Assembly (NCBI GenBank): GCA_947252645.1
Contig: CAMXWF010000006.1
Span: 64,697 to 128,696 of the forward strand
Direction: 5' to 3'
Length of the DNA: 64,000 nucleotides
DNA from: an uncultured Bacteroidia bacterium
Lineage (GTDB): Bacteria; Bacteroidota; Bacteroidia; Bacteroidales; CAJPTX01
The position numbers were made by a program, and so were the translations under genes. The notes under the pieces are model-generated. The model ran no database searches and had not been told where the DNA came from. It saw nothing but the letters and a program-made list of their open reading frames with translations. Shown here in pieces: positions 40,028 through 49,496 of the stretch. Each line of letters starts with the position of its first letter. Positions within the stretch are counted from its first letter, which is position 1.

Positions 40028-41212
40028 TCAGCTGACAATATTCAGCGTGGATAGCGCCAGCTGGATCTCCTCGGGGCAGCCTATGTGCTTGCCCGGTACA
40101 TCCGAGAGCTTGACGCAATTGTACCACGGCTGCGAGGAGGTCAGCTGGCAGCGGTAGAGCTTCATGACGATGTTCAGCGGCCTGACCCCGGGGGCCACAT
40201 CGTTGGTCAGGTTGGTGCCTATCCCAAATGTGCTCCCGATGCGCCCACGGCAGTAGTCCTGGATCTTCACCGCCTTCGGAATCGTCAGCGCATCGGAAAA
40301 AACTATGTACTTGAGCATGGGGTCGATCCGCAGCTCCTGGTAGCGCGCAATCACCTTATCCGCAAACGAAAAAGGATCCCCGCTATCCTGGCGCACTGAA
40401 GTGAACAGCGCGGCATGCTTCTTACTCAGGTTCTTCAAAAACACATCCGTGGTATACGTGTCGGCCAACACCGTCCCAAGGTCGCCATCGTAAACCCGAA
40501 TCCAGTCCTCCATCGACATGTAATTGGCCATCTTATAGCCGTAGACCGCCCCGTGGAACTGCACCCACTCATGGGGATGCGTCCCCGCAGGCTTGAGGTG
40601 TTCCCGCAGGGCAAAGTAAAGATTACTCGTCCCAAAAAGACTATGCGGACAGTTCTCCTTGAGTATGCGCGTCACCTCGGCCTCCACGGCCCAGCTAAAC
40701 CGACGCCGAGCCCCAAAAATTGACACCCGCAGCCCATGGTCCTCCATGATCTGCGCCTTCTCCCGCGCAGCGCTCGCTAGGTACTCCGCATCGACACGCT
40801 GCCCCGTAAGACGAAAATAGAGCTCCGACACCGTGGCCAAAATGGGAATCTCCCACAGCGTAACCCGATACAACGGGCCACGGGCCACTATCCCCAGCGA
40901 CCCATCGTGCAGCGAAACCTCCACCTCCCGCGAATCAAACCGATAGCCCCGCAAAAAATCAATGTACGTGGGCGGCAGGTACGGCAACTCTTCGCGCAAA
41001 AAGAGCTCCTCCTCCCGCGTCAAGGCCAGCGATTCCATCATCAGCAACTGCTCCCGTAGCAGCACATCAAACCCCTCGGGAAACTTGATGCCATCCCTAT
41101 CCTGAAAATGAAACTCACCATTGGCCCGCGGGAAAAGCGAAAAATACGCATACCCACACGTGAACTTATACAGATCGGTATCCAGCAAACTCCTAATAAT
41201 CGGCTCTGCCAT
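40028..41212 (-). CDS. pncB: Nicotinate phosphoribosyltransferase
   Basis: The start is set at MAEPIIRSLLDTDLYKFT. A further motif is FGARRR...GTSN. Confidence 0.85.
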   Translation of the reverse strand: MAEPIIRSLLDTDLYKFTCGYAYFSLFPRANGEFHFQDRDGIKFPEGFDVLLREQLLMMESLALTREEELFLREELPYLPPTYIDFLRGYRFDSREVEVSLHDGSLGIVARGPLYRVTLWEIPILATVSELYFRLTGQRVDAEYLASAAREKAQIMEDHGLRVSIFGARRRFSWAVEAEVTRILKENCPHSLFGTSNLYFALREHLKPAGTHPHEWVQFHGAVYGYKMANYMSMEDWIRVYDGDLGTVLADTYTTDVFLKNLSKKHAALFTSVRQDSGDPFSFADKVIARYQELRIDPMLKYIVFSDALTIPKAVKIQDYCRGRIGSTFGIGTNLTNDVAPGVRPLNIVMKLYRCQLTSSQPWYNCVKLSDVPGKHIGCPEEIQLALSTLNIVS

Positions 41213-41252
41213 GGCTATATGCTTTCTCCTGGGGGCCACAGTGCCCCTCCAC

Positions 41253-43376
41253 CTATCCTACCTGTATCAAAGGATCCCGCGTGGCCCTGCGGAATGCTAT
41301 GGCCGCCTTGAGCTTTGCGTGCGCTGGCCGCTCCAGCAGGGGATCGGCCGCCAGCAACTCCTTGACGGTCTGCCGCACCGCCACCAACAGCTCCGCATCC
41401 TCCAGCACACTGGCCACCCGCAAGCCCAGATCGTGCCCACTCTGCGCCACCCCCTCCAGCTGACCAGAACCCCTAAGCCGCAAATCGGCCTCCGCTATCC
41501 GAAAACCATCGTTGGTCGCAACCATAGCGGACAAACGCGCCCGCGTGGCCGGCTTCATCTTCCTACTCGCCACCAGCACGCAGTAGCTCTGCGCCCCGCC
41601 GCGACCCACGCGCCCACGAAGCTGGTGGAGCTGCGAAAGACCAAACCGCTGCGCGCTCTCTATCACCATCACCGTGGCATTCGGCACATCCACCCCAACC
41701 TCTATCACGGTCGTAGCCACCAAGATTTGCGTCCGCTTGGAAGAAAAAGCCAACATCGCCGCCTGCTTCTCCTCCGCGCGCATCCGCCCATGCAGCATGC
41801 CCACCCGGTAGCCCTGGCCCGAAAAATAGTCCTTTATCTGCGCAAAGCCCTCCTCCAGGGAGCGCAAGTCGAGCTCCTCCGACTCCTCTATGAGCGGATA
41901 CACCACGTAGACCTGGCGCCCGCACGCCAGCTGGCCCTGCATGAGCCTATAGACCTCGCCCCGCCTATCCTCATAGGTCAGCAACGTCTGCACCGGCCGA
42001 CGACCTGGGGGCAGCTCATCGATCACGCTCACCTCCAAATCGCCATACACCGTCAAGGCCAGCGTGCGCGGAATCGGCGTGGCCGTCATGATCAGCACAT
42101 GCGGGTACACCGACCCATTCTTCACCCATAGCTTGGCGCGCTGCTCCACGCCAAAGCGGTGCTGCTCATCCACCACCACCAGCCCCAGCTCGTGGAAGCG
42201 AACCGCATCCTCTAGCAACGCATGCGTGCCCACTAGCAGCTGCACTGCCCCAGTCTCCACGCCGACCAGCAGTTCCCGGCGCACGCGCAACGGCGTACTC
42301 CCCGTAAGCAGACCTATCCGCACCGGCAACCCATCCAAGTAGTGCCGCAGCGTGGCCATATGCTGCTCCGCCAGTATCTCCGTGGGCGCCATCAGGCACG
42401 CCTGGTAGCCATTGTCCACCGCCAGCAGCATGCAGAAAAGCGCCACGAGGGTCTTCCCGCTCCCCACGTCGCCCTGAAGCAAACGGTTCATCTGACGGCC
42501 ACTCCCCATATCCGCACGCATCGCCCGCAACACCCGCTTCTGCGCCCCTGTCAGGTCAAACGGCAACTGCTCCTTGTAGAGCCGATTGAAGCACTCCCCT
42601 ACCCTACTAAACACTATCCCCTGATGCTCATGCCGCCGTCCCTCCGCCTGGCTCAGCATATCCGCCTGGAGCACAAACAGCTCATCGAACTTAAGCCGAT
42701 AGCGCGCTGCCAACACCTCCTCCATGCGCCGAGGACTATGGATGTGCTGAAAAGCCCAACCTCGGGGCGGCAACGCGTAGGCACTCTGGATCTCCAACGG
42801 CAAATACTCCTCCAGCAGCGGCGCGTAGTCCGACAATAGGCCCTCCATGAAGCTCGCCACGCTCGCCGACCCCACCTTCTCCTGGCGCATCTGCTGCGTG
42901 GAGGAATAGACCGGCTCTATATGACCCTCAAGCGGCGCCGAGGGGGCGCGGTAATCCATACGGGGCTGCGTGAGCGAGTAGGATCCTTTGTATTCGCTCA
43001 CCTTGCCGTAGGCCACATAGTCGCCACCCACCCGCAGACGTCGATAGATCCACTTGACGCTCTGAAACCACACCAGCCTAAGCTCCTGCCCCTGCGCATC
43101 GCGCAGCAAACCCTCCAAGCGCGCACGACCCCCGCCCTGGACTTTCTGAATGCTCACCAGCTGCCCCGCCACCTGCGCCGACGCCATCTGCCCATTGAGC
43201 TGGTGGACCATGAGAAACTGCGACCTATCCTCGTAGCGCAACGGCAAAAACCACAGCGCATCGTACACCGTGCGCAAACGGAAATCACGCATCAAGGCTA
43301 AGGCCACCTGCGGCATCGCACGCCCCGCAGATGCCAGCGAATCGGCTAACGACTTCATCTCTACAAATGTAGCCAT
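41253..43376 (-). CDS. recG: ATP-dependent DNA helicase RecG
   Basis: It has a wedge domain followed by helicase motifs LLQGDVGSGKT, VVDEQHRFG, MTATPIPRT and QLHQLRGRVGRG. Confidence 0.9.
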   Translation of the reverse strand: MATFVEMKSLADSLASAGRAMPQVALALMRDFRLRTVYDALWFLPLRYEDRSQFLMVHQLNGQMASAQVAGQLVSIQKVQGGGRARLEGLLRDAQGQELRLVWFQSVKWIYRRLRVGGDYVAYGKVSEYKGSYSLTQPRMDYRAPSAPLEGHIEPVYSSTQQMRQEKVGSASVASFMEGLLSDYAPLLEEYLPLEIQSAYALPPRGWAFQHIHSPRRMEEVLAARYRLKFDELFVLQADMLSQAEGRRHEHQGIVFSRVGECFNRLYKEQLPFDLTGAQKRVLRAMRADMGSGRQMNRLLQGDVGSGKTLVALFCMLLAVDNGYQACLMAPTEILAEQHMATLRHYLDGLPVRIGLLTGSTPLRVRRELLVGVETGAVQLLVGTHALLEDAVRFHELGLVVVDEQHRFGVEQRAKLWVKNGSVYPHVLIMTATPIPRTLALTVYGDLEVSVIDELPPGRRPVQTLLTYEDRRGEVYRLMQGQLACGRQVYVVYPLIEESEELDLRSLEEGFAQIKDYFSGQGYRVGMLHGRMRAEEKQAAMLAFSSKRTQILVATTVIEVGVDVPNATVMVIESAQRFGLSQLHQLRGRVGRGGAQSYCVLVASRKMKPATRARLSAMVATNDGFRIAEADLRLRGSGQLEGVAQSGHDLGLRVASVLEDAELLVAVRQTVKELLAADPLLERPAHAKLKAAIAFRRATRDPLIQVG

Positions 43377-43496
43377 TAACCGCTAGAATCCCAGAGTAGC
43401 TGCATCCTTAGGCTAAGCTACCAAGAATATCCCAGACCCTGCGCTGCTACCAAGCCGCCACCAGCCCACCGGCACCTAGCTGCACGGCATCCTATT

Positions 43497-45836
43497 CTAG
43501 AAATAGAAGCGTACCCCGCCCATGGGCATTATGGCATTCTCGTACACCGCGCGAGGCTTGCCGAACGCCTCATCGTAGAATACCTCGCGCACGTTCCTAC
43601 GGTTCGTTACGTTCGTCACCTCGACGTACGACTCCAAGGCCCCCCACGAAAAGTTCTGCTTCATCGTTACGTTCAAATCCAAGCGAAAGTAGAATGGCGT
43701 GCGCCCCTCGTATGCGCGTTCATACGAAATATCGAGCCGTCCGGTCGAATGCTTGTACGATGGGGTGTAACGCTTTCCCCCAAGGCACACGCAACGCGCA
43801 TTCACGCCTAGCAGCAGGCTCCGCAGCAGGCGCCATTCGTACCCTCCTACTGCCGTTACCCCAAAATCGCCAGCATATTTCCCCGGCCGCCACGCCCCAT
43901 CATGCCCACTGTAGTCGGCACGATACCACGTGCCAGTAAATGTAAAGTAATACCCCTTCCGAAACGGCCGCTCGAGGGTTAGCTCCACGCCGTAGTTCCT
44001 ACCACGCCCGCCATTGACAAAGCGCCGCCCCCAATCATCGTAGTAGGAATCGCCCATGTTCAAAAACGACTCCTGCGGCACGCTCACGGGCACCGGCACG
44101 CGGTAATGGCCTATGTAGTATATCTCTACCTTGGCCACCACCGACTCCACAAGGCGCTGCCCCGCTGAAAGCACCGCCTGCCAACTGCGCGCCGCGCCTA
44201 ACTCCCTATTCGGCATGTCGAGGCCTTCTCGATAGAAATACAGCTGCCTCGGCAAAAGCTGCGAATGCATCCCAGCGGCTATCCCTATAGAACTCCCCTG
44301 CGCGGCCCAACGCAACATCGCCCGTGGCTCCACTGCGTAGTCCCCATTGAGCGCGTAGCACTGCCCGTATACACCCAACCGCAGCGCCAAGGACTGCGCA
44401 AAATGATAATGCCACTGCGCAAATGCGCGCACCACCCCCGAATACATGGCCTCGGCTGGCATTCGAATCCTGCTATGCTCCCCTTTCCCCAACGCAGTGC
44501 CGTAGAGCGTCCCGCCAATCCCGCAACGCAGCGTGCTACGACTCGTGGGTAGCCAACTCAGCTCTGCGCGGCCATCGTACCGATCCTCCCGCTCGTAGCC
44601 TCGGTATACCAAGAATCCTGTATCTCTAGGATACCCAACCATTGTAACCTCCACATTGCGCGCAAAAAGCTGGTAGGAGAGCCTACCCTCAATGCGTACG
44701 CCCTCGGCCATCGCATACGTACTGCAAATACCAGTAAAAAACTGCCTGTTGCGGTTGTCTACCCACTGATTAAAAACCTGGGTCCCCGCCTGGTAGTCCG
44801 CTTCTCCTTGTTGCTCCTGCGCAGTTTCTATCCTACTGCGCCCCCAAAGGGCAAGCCACTCGAACGTGGCTCGCTTGTAGGGTAGGGTAATCTTGGCCAT
44901 GACGTCGTGGTAGCGCGGCACTCCATGCATATTGCGCACTACCCCGATGGCCTTCATCAACTCGAGGATAGAGTAGCGAGCACTGGCAATATACGTGGCT
45001 ACCCCTCGCCTTCCCAATGGCCCCTGCGCGCTCGCCTCTACGCCATTAAAACCCATGCCCGCAGTGAACTCATGGTGCGCTGCATTGCCCCGATGCAACT
45101 GCATATCGAATAGCCCCGAGGTCACATTGCCATACTCGGCAGGAAATGCCCCGGTGAAAAACGTGGAAGTGGCTAAAAAAGTGCTGTTGAGCATCGACAC
45201 CACCCCGCCCGTGCCGCCCAGCGAGCCGTAATGGTTCGGGTTGCTCAGCTCAAAACCATCCACCTGCCACTGCACGCCCAACGGACTATTGCCCCGTACC
45301 ACGATATCATTGCGCATATCGCCTACGCTTACCACACCAGCCGTATTGGTCACCATCCGCGCCGCATCGCCCCACGACCCTGCATAGCGGTTAACCTCTT
45401 CACTGCTCAGAGCCCGCGCGCTCACGCGCCCCCCCACGCCCCCACGGGCCAACACCGACACCTCGGCTATCGACACCTCCTCAGCATACAGCCCCACCAT
45501 GAGATACGCATCGCGCCCCGCAAGCAGCACCACCGAGCTCGCCTCCCAGGGCACATAATCCAGGCAAGTCACGCGTACCTCGGCGCGACCCATGGGCAAC
45601 CCCTCCAGCTCAAATCCGCCTGTCGTATCGCTATACGCCTTACGCAGCGAATCTCCCAATCGCACCTCCACGCTTGCCAACGAAAGCCCGCGGCGCGTCA
45701 TCACATCGTACACTAGACCGCGCAACGTCTGCCCATACCCCCCACTCGCCCATAGCTGGCCTATCACGACAATTAGAATCGCACACCGCCCCCAAGATAG
45801 CATCCCACAAAGTGTATATAAACGCTGCCACCGCAC
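43497..45836 (-). CDS. TonB-dependent receptor with an N-terminal carboxypeptidase-regulatory-like domain
   Basis: The start codon is GTG. The N-terminal domain reads LRGLVYDVMTRRGLSLASVEV. A plug and barrel follow, and the product ends GGVRFYF. Confidence 0.8.
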   Translation of the reverse strand: MRWQRLYTLCGMLSWGRCAILIVVIGQLWASGGYGQTLRGLVYDVMTRRGLSLASVEVRLGDSLRKAYSDTTGGFELEGLPMGRAEVRVTCLDYVPWEASSVVLLAGRDAYLMVGLYAEEVSIAEVSVLARGGVGGRVSARALSSEEVNRYAGSWGDAARMVTNTAGVVSVGDMRNDIVVRGNSPLGVQWQVDGFELSNPNHYGSLGGTGGVVSMLNSTFLATSTFFTGAFPAEYGNVTSGLFDMQLHRGNAAHHEFTAGMGFNGVEASAQGPLGRRGVATYIASARYSILELMKAIGVVRNMHGVPRYHDVMAKITLPYKRATFEWLALWGRSRIETAQEQQGEADYQAGTQVFNQWVDNRNRQFFTGICSTYAMAEGVRIEGRLSYQLFARNVEVTMVGYPRDTGFLVYRGYEREDRYDGRAELSWLPTSRSTLRCGIGGTLYGTALGKGEHSRIRMPAEAMYSGVVRAFAQWHYHFAQSLALRLGVYGQCYALNGDYAVEPRAMLRWAAQGSSIGIAAGMHSQLLPRQLYFYREGLDMPNRELGAARSWQAVLSAGQRLVESVVAKVEIYYIGHYRVPVPVSVPQESFLNMGDSYYDDWGRRFVNGGRGRNYGVELTLERPFRKGYYFTFTGTWYRADYSGHDGAWRPGKYAGDFGVTAVGGYEWRLLRSLLLGVNARCVCLGGKRYTPSYKHSTGRLDISYERAYEGRTPFYFRLDLNVTMKQNFSWGALESYVEVTNVTNRRNVREVFYDEAFGKPRAVYENAIMPMGGVRFYF

Positions 45837-45880
45837 TGCAAATCAAAGCAAACTTCGCAACTCTTGCAAGCTAGACAATA

Positions 45881-46006
45881 GCCTAACGGCAGCTACCTGT
45901 AGGAATTATACAGTGGAAATTATACAGTTAGCAGTATACTGCCTAATTCTAATCCTAGCTACTTACGGCTAACAACATGATAATAAATACTGACAACTGC
46001 CCACTG
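45881..46006 (+). repeat. Direct repeat copy 1 (126 bp): upstream region plus the first 10 codons of the alkylation-repair-like gene
   Basis: This segment aligns base-for-base, at a constant offset of 341 bp, with 46222-46347. Scattered substitutions are present. The repeat includes the ATG (45977 versus 46318). Confidence 0.85.
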
Positions 46007-46075
46007 AAAACAGACAACTGCCCACTGAAAACAGACAACTGCCCACTGAAAACAGACAACTGCCCACTGTTTTGA
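45977..46075 (+). CDS. Candidate 32-codon mini-ORF MIINTDNCPL(KTDNCPL)3F
   Basis: My own translation starts from the duplicated ATG and stops at TGA 46073-46075. It is too short for the ORF track. It inherits the same upstream sequence as the real gene at 46318. Expression is unproven. Confidence 0.3.
   Translation: MIINTDNCPLKTDNCPLKTDNCPLKTDNCPLF
45992..46069 (+). repeat. 21-bp tandem repeat, 3.7 copies (gacaactgcccactgaaaaca)
   Basis: Unit starts fall at 45992, 46013, 46034 and 46055. The copies are perfect. The minus-strand ORF track mirrors this as QWAVVCF x3. Confidence 0.9.
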
Positions 46076-46221
46076 CAGCACTGCCGCCAAAACAGCTGGA
46101 GGGCGTTGCAAGGTTTGCAGAACGAGCGGCAATTGCGTAAATTGCCAGTGGGCAGTAGACGGCAGGCAGTTGCTAGTGGGTTTCATACTGGTAGCTGGTA
46201 GCTGTTAACTGGCTTCAGCCT

Positions 46222-46347
46222 GCCTAACGGCAGCTACCTGTAGGCAGTATACAGTGGACAGTATACAGTTAGCAGTATACATCTTAATTCTAATTCTAGC
46301 TACTTACGTCTAACAACATGATACTAAATACTGACAACTGCCCACTG
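46222..46347 (+). repeat. Direct repeat copy 2 (126 bp), the copy attached to the intact gene
   Basis: See the entry for 45881-46006. Confidence 0.85.
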
Positions 46348-47055
46348 GCAACTACCCAGCGCGTGGCCTACGAAATCGCCCGCATGGCCAACCCTTCCTA
46401 CGCCCGTTTCCTCCACAAAGTCCTCCCCGGGCAAGAGGACCTCAAGATCCACGGCGTGAAAATCCCCCAACTGCGCGCCCTAGCTCGCCGCCTTGCCCAA
46501 GCCCAGCAGCGGCAGTGCTTTCTCGATGCCCTACCACACCCCAGCCTGGAAGAAAACCTGCTCCACGGACTCCTCATCAACGGCCTCCCAGACGGCCAGG
46601 CCACGCTCACAGAAATACAGCGATTTCTCCCCCACGTGAGCAACTGGATGGTCTGCGACACCACCTCCCCACAAGCCTTCCGCCAACACCCCGAAATCCT
46701 CCAGGGCATACTCCCCCACTGGCTAGCCCCAAGCGCGCAGCCCTACACCCAACGCTTCGCCTGCCTCTGCCTAATGCGCTACTTCCTAGGCCCCCTTTTC
46801 CAAACCGAGCACCTGCAGTGGGTGACTGCGCTCCCCACCTCGCACCGCTACGTACGCACGGGGGCCGCCTGGTACCTGGCCGAAGCCCTCATCGCGCAGC
46901 CTCGCCACGCATGGCCCTGCCTACTAAGCCCAGCAACCCCTACCCCACTGCGCCTCACCGCGCTACAAAAGGCCGTAGAAAGCAACCGCTCCTCCGCTGA
47001 CGACAAATCCTGCTTCCGAAAGCTCATCAAAGAAATCAGGCACGGCAACAGCTAG
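46318..47055 (+). CDS. DNA alkylation repair protein (AlkD-like HEAT-repeat family)
   Basis: The 245-aa product contains ARFLHKVLPGQEDLKIHGVKIPQLRALARRL and WMVCDT, which fit the PF08713-type pattern as I recall it. Confidence 0.75.
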   Translation: MILNTDNCPLATTQRVAYEIARMANPSYARFLHKVLPGQEDLKIHGVKIPQLRALARRLAQAQQRQCFLDALPHPSLEENLLHGLLINGLPDGQATLTEIQRFLPHVSNWMVCDTTSPQAFRQHPEILQGILPHWLAPSAQPYTQRFACLCLMRYFLGPLFQTEHLQWVTALPTSHRYVRTGAAWYLAEALIAQPRHAWPCLLSPATPTPLRLTALQKAVESNRSSADDKSCFRKLIKEIRHGNS

Positions 47056-47099
47056 CCCCAGCCCAAAACTCCTGCACCAAGCTCCTCGATGCCCCCAGG

Positions 47100-48236
47100 C
47101 TACCGCAGGCCTGGCCCCAGCAAACGGCTCAGGCGGAAGGCAAAGTCGGTCAGCAAGATCTTCTGATGCCCGTTGCGATAGAGGTGCTCCAGCAGATTCG
47201 AGCACTCGTAGAGCAGACGCCCCACGTTGCGCCCGTTGGTGTAGGGGCAGAAGTTGTTGAGAAACTGCGCCTCTTCGGGCCGGCAATAGCCCAGCTCAGG
47301 CAGACCAATATTCATCATAAATGCAGCCCGCAGCAGCTGCGCGTAATAGCGTACAGTAGCCTTGAGCTGCTCGCGGTCTAAGGCTGCCGCCTCATCCACC
47401 CACCCCAGCAGGCGCTCCACATCGGTACTATAGGCCGCTCGCATCAGCTCCTGAAACGCCGACAACACCTCAGGCGAAAACGACTGATTGACCAACGCTT
47501 GAGCCCTGGAAAAATCGCCCCCCGCCCAATGCGCCACCTGGTCAGCCTGCTGCTCCTCACAACCCAAGCGCCCCACCAGCGCCTCCCGCATGGCGGGCAG
47601 CGCAATGGGCGGCACCGTCACGCGCTGCAGGCGCGAATAGACCGTAGGCAAAATAAGCTCCTCGTGCTCCGTCACTAGCAAAAACACCGTGCCGCGTGAG
47701 GGCTCCTCCAGCACTTTGAGCAGCTTATTGGCCGCCACCACGTGCATGCGCTCGGGAAGCCAGAGAACCATGAATTTGAAGGGGAGCATACGGCTCTTGT
47801 AAAAAAGCGTCTCGATGATGCGCCCGCTGGTAGCCGCAGAAATTATTCCCTGCTTGCCCGTAGCCCCCAAGGCCGAATACCACTCCTGCTCCGTGAAGTA
47901 GGGATTCTCCACCATGAGCGACCTGAGTACCTGGAGCTGCTCAACGTAAACGTCCATGGGATCCACCCCCGACCGCACCCCAGCCTCCGGGAGGCAGAGA
48001 TGGAGGTCGGGATGCGTAAACGCCTGCATGGCTCGGCAACACGGGCACTCCCCGCAGGAGTCCCCATCACGGCGCTGCTCGCAACCCAAATACTGCGCGT
48101 AGGCCAGCGCCAGCAGGAATGCCCCACCGCCCGGATGCCCCACCAAGAGCTGCGCATGCGGCAAGCGCTGCTCCGCGTGCTGGCGCACGAAAAACGCCTT
48201 GACCTCCTCCTGACCTATAATATCGGCAAAACGCAC
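47100..48236 (-). CDS. holB: DNA polymerase III subunit delta-prime
   Basis: The motifs are IIGQEEVKAFF...RLPHAQLLVGHPGGGAFLLALAYAQYL, a Cys cluster CGECPCC and LKVLEEP. Confidence 0.8.
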   Translation of the reverse strand: MRFADIIGQEEVKAFFVRQHAEQRLPHAQLLVGHPGGGAFLLALAYAQYLGCEQRRDGDSCGECPCCRAMQAFTHPDLHLCLPEAGVRSGVDPMDVYVEQLQVLRSLMVENPYFTEQEWYSALGATGKQGIISAATSGRIIETLFYKSRMLPFKFMVLWLPERMHVVAANKLLKVLEEPSRGTVFLLVTEHEELILPTVYSRLQRVTVPPIALPAMREALVGRLGCEEQQADQVAHWAGGDFSRAQALVNQSFSPEVLSAFQELMRAAYSTDVERLLGWVDEAAALDREQLKATVRYYAQLLRAAFMMNIGLPELGYCRPEEAQFLNNFCPYTNGRNVGRLLYECSNLLEHLYRNGHQKILLTDFAFRLSRLLGPGLR

Positions 48237-48245
48237 AGTAACCCG

Positions 48246-49496
48246 CTAGCGTGAAAGGTGCATATAGGGCTCAATATTCCGAAGCGTCCGCTCGGTTGCA
48301 CCCTTGTTCGACTGCACGAACTCCCGGGCCGCTGCAGCCATACGTTCCTGGCGCTCCGCATCGTCCATCAGGGTCCTAAGCGCAGGCGCCAGCTCCGCGG
48401 GCTTGAGAACAGCCTGCCCTCCCCCGCAAGCCAATAGACCCAGCGCCTCATGGTAATCGCGATACCGCGGGCCAAACACCACAGGCAGCCCATACACCGC
48501 CGGCTCCAACGTATTGTGAATACCCGCACCAAAGCCACCACCCACGTAGGCCAAGCTCGCGTAGGCATAGATGGAAAAAAGTTGCCCAACGCTATCCACT
48601 ATGAGCACATCCACATCCTGGAGCTCCGCGGGCGAGCGCACCTCACTAGCCATCACAGCCGAGCAGGTGAGCCCGCGGCGAAGCGCCGCAAGCCTAGCCT
48701 GACCAAGCTCATGGGGCACCACCACGGCCCGCCAGCCCGAGGGAAGATCGTTGAGCAGCGGCAATAGCCCCTGCTCGTCAGATGGCCACGTACTACCAAA
48801 AACAACCACCTTATGCCCTTGGGCCAAGGACGACACCAACGGGTAGGGCTGGTTCTTCTCCCGGGCCGCTAGCACTCTGTCAAAACGACAATCTCCCGAC
48901 ACAAAGCATCGACTTACACCAAAATCGAGCAGCAGCTGCCGCGACTCCTCATCCTGCACAAAAAGCAGCGAAAAATAGTGCAACACCCGCTTGTAGAAGC
49001 CCCCATACCACTGAAAAAACGACTGCTGCCGACGAAAATAGGCCGATATGAGAAACGTTGGCACCTGACGCCGGGCCAGCTCCATGAGAAAATGCGGCCA
49101 GAACTCATACTTCACAAAGCAAACTATCTCCGGGCGCGCTATGGACAGAAAGTCCCGAACATTCCGCTTCGTATCCAAGGGAAGGTAGCCCACGTAGGTG
49201 GCCAGGGGATCATCGCGACGCACATTGTAGCCCGACGGGGAGTAAAAGGTCACCAGGAGGCGCCAATCGGGGTGCGCAGCCATAAACGCCTCCATGACCG
49301 ACCTCCCCTGCTCATACTCCCCCAAGGAGGCGCAGTGAAACCACACCACCGACCCCTGCCCGGCCGAAAACGCCCGACGCATACGATCCCGCCAACCCCT
49401 CCGCCCGCACAGCAGCGCCCGCGCCTTCGGATGCCACAGCGTCGCCAAATAGACCAAGCAATTGTAGACGTACAACCCCAACGTATAAAACAGCAT
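48246..49496 (-). CDS. waaA: 3-deoxy-D-manno-octulosonic acid (Kdo) transferase
   Basis: The 416-aa product contains VWFHCASLGEYEQGRSV and GGSF...GHN.LEPA-like (VGGGFGAGIHNTLEPA). Confidence 0.85.
   Translation of the reverse strand: MLFYTLGLYVYNCLVYLATLWHPKARALLCGRRGWRDRMRRAFSAGQGSVVWFHCASLGEYEQGRSVMEAFMAAHPDWRLLVTFYSPSGYNVRRDDPLATYVGYLPLDTKRNVRDFLSIARPEIVCFVKYEFWPHFLMELARRQVPTFLISAYFRRQQSFFQWYGGFYKRVLHYFSLLFVQDEESRQLLLDFGVSRCFVSGDCRFDRVLAAREKNQPYPLVSSLAQGHKVVVFGSTWPSDEQGLLPLLNDLPSGWRAVVVPHELGQARLAALRRGLTCSAVMASEVRSPAELQDVDVLIVDSVGQLFSIYAYASLAYVGGGFGAGIHNTLEPAVYGLPVVFGPRYRDYHEALGLLACGGGQAVLKPAELAPALRTLMDDAERQERMAAAAREFVQSNKGATERTLRNIEPYMHLSR

Noticed and set aside
45992-46069. The 21-bp repeat array considered as a possible CRISPR array
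   Set aside because: The units are contiguous with no spacers. There are only 3.7 copies, and no cas genes or leader are nearby. It is a simple tandem repeat.
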